Source of the DNA: Priapulus caudatus
Lineage: Eukaryota
NCBI RefSeq assembly: GCF_000485595.1
Contig: NW_014577071.1
Location: forward strand, 970,722 to 1,018,943
DNA length: 48,222 bases
Direction: 5' to 3'
The stretch's first letter is position 1, and the number at the start of each line of letters is the position of its first letter. The translations under genes and the position numbers were made by a program. Positions 38,301-48,222 of the stretch are shown in pieces. The notes under the pieces were generated by a model, which saw only the letters and a program-made list of their open reading frames with translations, was not told the origin of the DNA and searched no databases.

Positions 38301-41300
38301 ACAACCTCGCTTGCACATACTGCCAGCACATACACAGCTTTCACCACACTTTCCACTCACTTAAGCATCTAAACCGCGCACGCACTTGTAAGAACAGCAG
38401 ACAAGAGCCAAGACAGGTGCCGCGTGCGATTGATGAAAAACCGGGAGCATCGTAACATGCAGCCACATGGCCGTCTCTCAGCTGGCTTTCCGCCGAATGT
38501 TTAAACGCGGAACGGTCAGTAACATAAACCTAGCGTCGGCGTAGTGTACACGAGCAAGCAATGACGCAAGCGTTATAAGTCGTTTATCGCACTCACATCA
38601 AGTCAAAGAAAGCGCTGAATTGTGATAACGCGCCGGAGTCGGCTAATGCACTCTAAGAGGAAACTATTCTTCGTGATAGCAGTGTGCTCGCGCGCGTAAC
38701 ATATCTAAATCGCTGACCACTGATGTGCGTTCACTAATATGCAAATCAGAGTCGCAAAAGAATTAAACAAGAAATGTAGAAATCATTAGGATCAGTAATG
38801 TTGAGCGGTTGGCCCCGGAAAATGTCATAAATGGGCAAACGTGATCTACAGCGATTCGCAAAAATACAACGAAGCGCTCTAAGTAAGGAGTCGATAGGGG
38901 TAATCTAATTGAGAGTAGGGTTGAGGAAAAATCTACGTTTAGCGAAGGCGATTTAAGCCAGGCTCGCTGTTTACTATAACGCTCCTCGCCACCCAGAACT
39001 AAACCGTATACCTCTCCATACATCACCTGCGCCGCACCGCACAACACCGGGCCTCGTCACAATCGGGTATCGCTCACATAACATCACCATGAGTGGCAAC
39101 CCACGACATATATAAGAACAGTGCACCCTATGAGTACCGACATCACGATTCATTTTAACATTCAACAAACAACACAAACACTACAATTCCTTACATTAAC
39201 TTCTATCATTTTTGGAGTGTAGAGGTTGCCTGAACGGCAAGCACAAAAACCGTAACCGGTGAATGACTTTGGTGCTGTGATGTGTGTATCGGTGTGATAA
39301 TGCGCGCACGGCGCGTCTAGCGCGCCGTCGTGTGTGTCAGTGTGTGTTGTGTGTGTGTGTGTGGTGGTTGTGTGTATGTGAGTGAGAGAGAGAGAGAGAG
39401 AGAAGTCCGGGTGTGGGTGTGCCTGTGTGTGTGTGTTGTGTGTGTGTGTGTGTGTGTGTGGGTGTGTGTGGGTGTGTGTGGTGTTGCGTATTGTATAGTG
39501 TGTGCTGTGTGTGTTGGTGTGTGTGTGTGTGGTGTGTGTGTGTGTCCGTGTGTGTGTGTGTGTTGTGACCTTGGTAAATTTGTAGGTGCGTGCGTGTGTG
39601 ACAGTGCACGATGTGTCGCTGCTTGCGTGTGTGTGAAGATATTATTGTATGGTGTGTGTTGGTGGTGTGACATATGTGTCCGTCGCGAGCCGCGTAGTGT
39701 ATAAAGTTGTGTTGGTGAACACGTGTACAGCTGTGTGTGCGTTATCCCGGCCGCGTAGATGCACAGTTGTTAGTTGAAGCGTAGCGTAAGTGCGCCTCGG
39801 AGTTGGCTGTAGCGTGCGGTGTGGTCAAGCGCGAGTCAGTCCGTGGATGTGTGGTATGCTGCTGTAGCGTTGTCGTAGATAGACTGCGTGCGCTTGTCGT
39901 GAGCGTGCGTGCCGGCGTGAGTAGCGCGCGTCCTATGTGTGTGTGTGTGCTTCTTGCTCTCTGATTAAATTGACTGAAATTCAAAATGCATATTTACAAA
40001 TTGTCCTCATGTGAGATATGGTATTACCAGATGCACCCGAATGAGTGGAAACGCACACTAAGCAATTCTCACAGAGTATGAACGAATCTCGTACATACGA
40101 TTCGAAAGCGATGACTATAGCTTTCTACATACGGGATAAAGTCTTTTAATGCCCGTAATGAGTCATCTGACGCAGCTTAGAATTATAATATTTACGTAAG
40201 AAGTTAATAATGTCAAGTAAAGCTGTAAATATCGACGATTCCAATTAGTCCTCTTAGATTATAATAGCATTTCATATACTTTAGTTCCGTATCGATAATA
40301 AAATGAATGCAGATAATATTATTCGTAAATCTCTACTGCAATAAATCGTTTAAATAATTATTCTAGACTGTATTAGTAACTTAGATTAAAGCCTCAAGTC
40401 GCTGAAGACCTTTTCGGCCTTCTCGATTTACGCAGAAATCTCGAGTGTAATTGACAATTTACACCCGTAAGTCTTAGGTATAGCCTCATATGCATGAAGC
40501 TTACTAGCTAGCACCAAGAACGTGGTTAAACAGCTTCATGAAAGCTATTTCCATGAAGACATGTTCTGCATTGACGCAGATCAGTCAACGGTCGCATGCT
40601 ACTCATTGCCCAGGCAAAGTGTAGCAACCGCATATCACTTTACCGGGTAAGACAAACAAATCGGATACGATCAAAGTTTTGCGAAAAAAAAGAAAGCTTT
40701 TCTTATCATTTTCCTTCTAACTCCTGTGATCCGGTCGTTATGGCGGTGTTACTGTAAGCGCAAGAAATCGGGTAACCTGTAAATATCATGAATGTTATAT
40801 AGTAGGCCCTAACGTATTTAGATATAGCAGTACCAATGCCAGGTGACCAACCATATAGTGAATCCGATACATTAGCACATGCGTGCTTTTTTTGGGTAAA
40901 TTAGTACGCGTTTCAATACTGATTATGCTCAGTTGGTCTTCATATGAAATCTCTTAACTTTATCTAGACATATTGATTTAAAAAATGTTAGTTTACCTTC
41001 TTACATTTTTAAGTATCAATTTTTATTTAATTAGGAAAATCTTAATTATAGCATCTAGTATACGTTCGATCTCTACGCAAGTGTACTCATTCTAGTTATT
41101 AAAATTTGTTTATTTTATTCCATACCTACGTGTTTAGTTTGTTAAGTTAGAGGTCTATAGTGTCGTTGTTATAGTTCATAAGTGTTTGAAGGGTTACACG
41201 TTGCGAATATCGCGAGATTGCAGCTCCTGTAACATAGACAACGTTGATACGCACACGTATTAGCTTCCTGTTTACGTTAATTACAGATCCATCCTTTTTG

Positions 41301-44300
41301 AAGAAATATAACATCGTTATTTTGTATATTAAATAAGAATTAAACATTAAAGCTGTTACTAAAAAATAATCTATATAGCATGTAATACATTTTTAGTAAA
41401 TGGTAACGGCTCAGTTGGCAATCGAGAATTTCCTTCAAGTCACCACGATATTTTATAATATAAATGGAAAAGCGCTGCGAAGCCGTGTTTTTCAAAAATT
41501 GTTACTAATTCAGAAAAAAATGAACTCGAACATTTCTCGGTTTTTCACTATTTTCAGCACGAACTGCTACCGTAAGAAAATTTGGTTTCGCGTCTGCGAT
41601 TAAGGTTAGATGAAACCTAAATGTAGATTTAATTTCAACTCAGGTCTTTAACCTAACCCTTCTGCGTTTTTGTCCAGAAACAGTGTAAAGTAGGGAATAA
41701 GTTAATGTGCTATGCTAATGCTTGACGACAACGCCAATGCAAACGAGAATGACGTTGACAGAAACGCATCGCAGGTCTAAGAGAAAACCTAGATACACAG
41801 AAACTTATCATTGGTTATGCACAGTGTTGGCCGATTGGATGGAAATCGAATCACAAAAAACTGTAAATTCATATTCTATGTATTACAATCCTATCCTATT
41901 ATGTACTAATAGTGTGCACGCTATTTTAGTTTATCGATGAAAAATGATAATGCATATTATGGTGCTTTAATCAATAGTATAAATAAGTAATCGAAAACAC
42001 AGCGTGGCCATGTCTTTATTCTAGCAATGCAAGAGATAATTCTACGCGTAAACTGAAGACGTAGGCGTCATGACTCATCAAGATATCATCTAAGTAAGAC
42101 AAACAATCGCGAATCATAAATGTTGTGTTTTTTATATACGACGAGATACAAAAAAGGTTACCGAGTGTTTATCATGAAAAACACCCGGGTTACTAAAAGA
42201 TAAAAAGTGACATCATATAATAATTGGAATTTTTGCTGTGTACTTGCGCGTCTACATCGTTAGTCTTGATAGTTAATAACCAAACGCTAGGTACAAGTAC
42301 TACTAGTTACTAAGAATGCAAGGCGTCATGACTCTTGCAAACATCATCAGTAAGACTAACAATCGCCACTTGTAAAAAATTAAAAATTGTAAAATGATTG
42401 TTTTGGAACACGATTCAAAGGGTAGCTAACACCATTTTTGGGGGGGGCAAAGCCATGACATGTGGTATGTTGGTGAGAAGCTGACCGCATTTGACCGTGT
42501 ATGTAATATACCTTTTTGTCTGGGGGGGGGGGGACTGCCCACTGTGCCCGCGCACCGCCGGCAAGCTACAGCCCTGCGGTTAATATACAAGAAAGGTTTA
42601 CCGAAGTGTTTTTTTCACATGAAAACGCCGATTTTGCCCATGACATCAAAAAGTGACCATCATTATCCAATTTTAATTGTGTCTGCGTAAGTTGGCGTTC
42701 TTTTCATCTATTTTTGAATAAGTTGCGAAAGGGTCGTGTTATACCGTAATGTTAAGTGATTTTTTATTTTGCGACTTCACGACACTCTGTGAAGATGGGT
42801 TTACGAGATACGCTTACTGCGAAGACCTAATGTTAAGACAAATTGTTGTTTCTGACAGACTCGACGGACCACTGGCGAATTTTACGATATGCATCGAAAG
42901 TCAACAAAAATACAAGATTCGTTTATCGGTTGAAATTTTCAGAGATAGAAATAGAGACATTTTCGGGTATACATATGTTGCGGTTGTTTGCGGCAAGCAT
43001 GGAAAGCGGACATATATGCGCATTACATATTGTCCACGTCAATAGCTCGTTGTTCCTTCTTGTAATAATTAATCACAAACTTGTATTCATCAAAATAATT
43101 AATGGCGGCGTCTACTAGTCTGAACTCTCGCTTTACGAAGTCATGTCATTTTCTGCTGTACACTAGGCGTCCATGGTGATCAAAACCGTATTGGTTGGTT
43201 CGCCCGGCTTGTGATACTTACTATGTGATAAGTATTGCAATTTTGTAATGCGTGCTGTTTGCTAATAGCGAAAGATACCGAATAACAGACGGATGTCCTT
43301 CTTACACATCTCAACGCGTTTAATAGAGAAATCGGTTAGAAAAATCTTTTCCAAACATTAATGGAATGGCCGGAATACAAAACGCCTAAACTGCATCTGG
43401 TAAGGGGTTGCAGACTATTCACTATAAACGCTTTAACCTAGATAAAGCGACTAATAAACATTTTCACTGTGTGTCACAAGTGTATTATATTAAGTAAGTC
43501 AGAAATTCCTTGTATTTTGCGTTCATACTGCGTATATTTAGGCGTGTTTGTTCAACTGCTTCGGCAGAGAGATGAGCGCGATTCCTGAACATGTTTCTCG
43601 TAATGGGATTCGAGAATGTAGAACGCAAACGAATTTACATATTCGTAGGTTTGCTCATTTAAAAACCTACTCATGTTTAATCTCTCGTTGCATAAAGGTG
43701 TGCAGGCGCAAAATCGCTTTCACGGTATTATCAGCGAATGATAAACAATCTCAATATATATCATTTTCCAGAATATTGAACAAATGCGATGTATCGATAT
43801 CGACCACTTCTACGATATTTATGCACGGTCTAGTTGGGAGACTGCCAACGGCAAAGAACGTGCTGGTAGCGCACGCACTCTGAATGAAGCATGCCATTTA
43901 ACAAGTTTTTAACAAAAATAGTACAGGTCGGATACGTGCGTGATCGATTCAATGCAACGTTGGCATTTCGTTAATGTAGAATATGGTAAGTTTATCGCTG
44001 TCCGTAAGTGCATTTCAGACTAAAATAGTCTTTTAAACATAATGTATTTTGTCTTAATGTACTCGGTTCTGCTGTGTATCGTTATATCTGAATCGTGCGA
44101 GCGAATTAATTGTGGAATGGTGGCGAAGGGTAGCTACCGATTCAACTTTAACGCCGTTTTCCCGTTCCTATTCTATTCAGATTATTGTTCGAGATTCCAA
44201 AGGATAAACGAGCACGACATATTATCTTTAATTCTCTCGCACGGTTCGTAAACGTAATCACATAACACTGTCCGCACTAATCGACGAACTTTTGGAAGTT

Positions 44301-45515
44301 GGTTGGCGTTATGTTTTCTCTATTAATAATCATACGGTGGCGGTACGACGTGGTTCATACTTACATTGCAGCGATACCCTGATGATATAACAACAAGCGT
44401 GGTTATTGTGAAAAGAATGTTTATGTAATAAAAATAAATAAATTTTAAATCAAATAAATAGCAGACCTGTTCAGATTTAACTGATCAGTCGATTGCTTGT
44501 CGTGGTCTATCATAGGTTTTTTTCATCGCAGCGTCATCGATTCGTTCGTTAATAAATTATTGCAAGCATACCTGCTTTTCACTAAATTGCACTACGACCC
44601 ATATAAAAATACGGCTTGTTATAGTCTGTATTATGAGAACCGACATAATATAGAAAAACGCAACATTAATCTACGTCAAAGACTAACACGGTGGACCAGA
44701 ATAAATTTACAGAGTAGTGTTTGGATTTCTCACGCGCGTGTTCCTTGAGAGATGGAGCGAGATATTAAACGGAGGCTTACGGCGGATTTGCAATTTCATT
44801 CTAATATATTATTTAACAAGTTGAGGCTTTCGTTGCAGATCGCCTCGATAAAAGTTTTAATTGGACGTAGATTTTGGCTCATAAACGCTTTAATCCAAAA
44901 ATGTAGGCGAAATATAGTCTCACCGTCACAGCCGATATATCACTGATTACAGCTTATCTTGAAAAACACTAGGATTTGTATGCGTACATCGTAACACAAA
45001 CGAAAATAACATCGAGTCGGCGAGATTTGGTAAATGTGATCGACTTGTTTTGCGAAGAGACAATGTAATCCCTAGGACAATAGCTGGGCGCTAGTAGCAC
45101 ATACTAAACTGGTCGCAAGATTAACAAGAAAAGTGCTCGCTGGTAATCGAACTTGTCATTTTTGGTGAAATACAAGGTTCCAAATTGCATTTTTATCGTT
45201 ACTACCGAACAGTTGCTGTAAGGCCCGTCTCCACACAACTTTCGCTCGCGCACGACACGACGCATGCGTCCGCTTGTGGCTGACCAAAAGATACATTGTG
45301 ATGTTCGCGCATGTGTCTGAGCGTAATGTGTTCACTCTGTTCAGTGATCAGAGATTAATGCATGTGCTTGAGTCCATTTGCTGATGGTAGCGTGATGCAA
45401 AACACCGTGATAAAACAAATCGCGTTGATGTGGGTTCAATTGTCTATTTCGCCGTCACTCAGCCGCAGAAAAGAAAGTCCAAACTCATTTGACTTTCGCC
45501 GTCGCCGTGAAACCC
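35346..45515 (+). repeat. Copy 3 (equivalent to ~18935-27757), insertion-inflated noisy copy
   Basis: Colinear along its whole length, about 10.2 kb versus 8.8 kb; ends tttgactttcgccgtcgccgtgaaacccg as copy 1 does. Confidence 0.93.
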
Positions 45516-45552
45516 GGACTGGCGCCGGCCGTGTCAAGTTGGAGACGGCGCC
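45222..45552. mobile_element. MITE with GGC...GCC termini (PIF/Harbinger-like); truncated copy at 27483-27757
   Basis: Left end (taa)ggcccgtctccacac...gacacgacgca; right end ggcgccggccgtgtcaagttggagacggcgcc; internal hairpin cggcaaaagtcaaa-ctca-tttgactttcgccg, clearest at ~27710-27741. Confidence 0.55.
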
Positions 45553-45553
45553 A

Positions 45554-48222
45554 TACCCGGCAGGGGGCAAACGCCCCTTTTTTTTGCGGTTCAACCAACA
45601 GGGTGTTGTAAAAGGTTGTTTTGTATCAACGTGTCAGTGAGAAACCTCCCTGAACACGCTTCCAGGTGGACGTACCTGAAAATATGCCTGCTGATATAAA
45701 AATGCGGCCATTGTTCAAAAAATGGCCACCAATCGTCTAACTAATATTAAGCCAATTCTGAAGATAATTGTTTGAATAGAACCTCCTTTCACCACGTGTC
45801 GTGTATCATATTAAAGGGAATTATAATTCTCTATAAGGATGATACCACATTTACTTGCTTGGTGTGATTATCGTAACAATTTGGGCCAAAAATGTGATTT
45901 TACCATTTTTCCCAAAATGAATTGCAAAACCAAAATACATTTTTCCTCAACATAGTTCAAAAACCCTTTTTCAATAGATGCATTTGAAAACTTTCCAGAA
46001 AACGCGCCATAATATGGTTAAATTGTGTGAAGAGGACACGTGTCATAGCTTTTCTAACAATAAAGTTATAGTGCTTCAATACTTTAAAATTTGATATTAG
46101 CTACAACAGCATGTTTGTACATTAACCAACAGGCCTTCCACGCTAAGCGTATAACTGCGTCGGCTGTGGGCGAAACTTCAAGTTTCAGCCAGTGTGTGGT
46201 ATCATATATAAAGGGAATAAATCTCTGCAAATGGTACCACATTTAATGGGCTTGGAATGATTGCAGTAAAAATTTTTGGGCAAAAAATGTGATTTTTGAC
46301 AAGGTTTCCCAAAAATATGAATTGCGCAAAAATACATAGTCTACCATATTCAAAAAAGTCTCCGACGCTATACCTTTAACTGCGTCGCTTTTGCATACCT
46401 TGCGTGACGGGTTGCACTCTGAAGATGTGTTTAAAAAAGAGCATCACTGCCACTCATGAAAGTTTCAAGATGATTCAGAATCAGCCATGACAGTTACAGT
46501 CCCCTGGCAGGAACAGATGATGCTTTTCGCAAAATCACTGGTTGAAGCAAACCAACCATCAAAATTTTGCTGGTCCATCTTTCCTGGAGATGTTCAGACA
46601 TTCTTCACAGTATTTTACTGACCGAGCGAGAAGCTGACTGGGTATGGAGTAGACATCTCCTGGACAATACCAACGAATGCTATCTACCTCACACAGCCGG
46701 CACTACAGATAATGGTGCACGGTCTTTGCCTCCTCTATCTGGCTTGAATGAAGAAACTACCTGAAACAGCCCACCTCCCTATCTGGCTGAGATGAAGAAA
46801 CTACCTAAAACAGCCCCAGATGTACATGAAGCACTAATAGCAGGTGCATTTGTAGGGAGGAGAGCAGATGGCAAGCATAATAGTGTCTCTCCTGACATGC
46901 TTCTGAAACAGACGCACAATGCAGATGCCAAGGAAGCGAGTGGTCTGGATGGCCTTACACTAAACCCTGCCACACGGATGGCCCTACACAAAACCCATCA
47001 CTGCTGCTGTCTCTGCAGAGTTGAAATTGATGCTACATCTTCATTCATCCAGCCCTCACCATGAATCTGGTGTAAGTCGAGTCACAAGGGATGCAGAGAT
47101 GGGGATCAAGGTAATGGCAGCAGTCGAGACGAATCCATTTGGTGCAACCACAACATCCCTGATAAATATAGCAATTAGGACAATGCGCTGATTGCAACGT
47201 TAAGAACAACCTTACCAGTGTGAACAAACTGGGTCTGGAGGCACTGTCTCAGTCACTGACCAGTGATCAGAAGAAGCCAAGTACTGTGAAGGTGAACACC
47301 TTCCACACACAAAACAAGAAACCGAAGAGGTCTGCGGCTAAAACAGCTGCATCGGGGAAGAGTAATGAAATAACTGCCCTTCTGCGTATGACACAGATCA
47401 TTGCCAGTGGTGGAGAACTAGACATTGTTGACTTTATAGGGACCATGAATGCAGTGACTACCCACCATCTCTCTTCCAGGATGATGGCAGAATAAGAACA
47501 GGTACCAAGTCAAGCCTAGTGAAAACCTTGAAAGAGGAGACCAACGTGACCAGCACTCCTGCTCTGCCCCAACATGACAGAAAGACAGCAGTAGTCATTG
47601 ATCCCATGTATGCCATTCGACACTGGTCCTTCCACAAAGGTGAAAGATTTTGGACCATTGCTGAATGATACAAATACCTGAATGATGTGCCTGCTGGTAC
47701 TGAGTTCATGCACTTCTGTTGTGACAGGTACAGTGGACCAAGCCTGAGGTCCGCTGAGCAAGAACACAGGTATGCCCGATCAAAACCTGCCAAAGAATAT
47801 GAAGTCAATGACCATTACACAGCTCCTGACCCACAAGAATTATTTGCAGTGGCAGCAAACAAGGCTAACCTCCTAAACTTCCTCTGTGAGAAATGGTGTG
47901 AGAATAAGCATCTGTACCCTGCTGTTGGTCTAACTCATCTCTACCTGGGTGGTGGATTCACAGAAGAGACGAAGAGCGTATTAATCACAAGAGAGTCTGT
48001 TACGGATGTTCCTGCTCTAGAATCGACGCAGAAGGAGGCTGATACAAGGATAATCCTGCACACTCTGTACAGTGTCCAGAATGACGGAGTTGAAAGAGTA
48101 GTTATCCACGCCAATGACACAGACATTATTACCATGATTGTGTCTACACTATGGAGCAACACACCTGAGAGATCTACCAGAACTATGGGTGAGGACAGCC
48201 CAGAAGACATACTTACCAATCA
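45554..48222 (+). mobile_element. Decayed AcademX-like DNA transposon, continuing past the window end
   Basis: About 850 bp of non-coding leader with an internal ~170-bp direct repeat (45795-45965 vs 46190-46350), followed by transposase and XPG-like remnants. The left end is inferred only; the right TIR is not in the window. Confidence 0.6.
46480..48222 (+). pseudogene. Academ-type transposase C-terminal half fused to an XPG/FEN1-like PIN nuclease domain, frameshifted
   Basis: Motifs read across frames: FCWSIF..ILHSILLTEREADW..HL; LYLAEMKKLPKTAPDVHEALIAGAFVGRR...SVSPDMLLKQTHNADAK..GLDG (46780-46960); LFQDDGRIRTGTKSSLV; AVVIDPM; FCCDRY..SLRSAEQEHR; NKANLLNFL; ESTQKEADTRIILH (48020-48061); VVIHANDTDII (48098-48130). 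Several frameshifts and a TGA at 47666. Assignment is from recalled family motifs, not a database search. Confidence 0.75.

Noticed and set aside
19280..39704. Cys/Val-rich and His/Thr-rich ORFs resembling metallothioneins or His-rich proteins
   Set aside because: They are translations of (TG)n/(CA)n tracts, open on both strands and not conserved in the third copy.
18929..45515. rDNA, histone cluster, or tandem viral/Polinton units
   Set aside because: No rRNA, histone or viral coding signature in the unit, and the differences between copies look like read error.
45564..45585. Rho-independent terminator (ggggc-aaac-gcccc followed by T8)
   Set aside because: Eukaryotic transposon-end context with no upstream gene; most likely part of the element terminus.
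47470..48222. Host FEN1/XPG/EXO1 gene
   Set aside because: It is intronless, disrupted and directly downstream of Academ transposase motifs.

Overview
Eukaryotic, most likely invertebrate-animal, genomic DNA (inferred from the microsatellites, transposon types and lack of CpG depletion) from a draft assembly that mixes clean sequence with uncorrected long-read sequence. I found no intact host protein-coding gene, RNA gene or CRISPR array; nearly all long ORFs in the track are translations of AG/CT, CA/TG or ATATAC microsatellites. More than half of the window (18929-45515) is one ~8.8 kb non-coding segment present three times; the copies differ mainly by scattered 1-2 bp indels, copies 1 and 2 share an identical ~1.4 kb block, and a 25-N gap separates copies 2 and 3, so this is probably a gap-filling artefact. 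Bases ~165-1186 also recur in noisy form at ~5575-6960. Recognisable elements are a 5'-truncated L2/Crack/Daphne-type LINE (11778-13741, minus strand) with a Helentron-type HINE nested in its 3' UTR, several MITE-like inverted-repeat elements, mini- and microsatellites, and a decayed AcademX-like DNA transposon (transposase plus XPG/PIN nuclease remnants) running off the right edge. I cannot support a new biological system here. The best leads are a fold-back inverted repeat whose palindromic spacer recurs elsewhere in both orientations, a palindromic 35-bp triplet lying among three CTCF-like cores, a deletion scar resembling polymerase-theta end joining, and a possible signal-peptide first exon.
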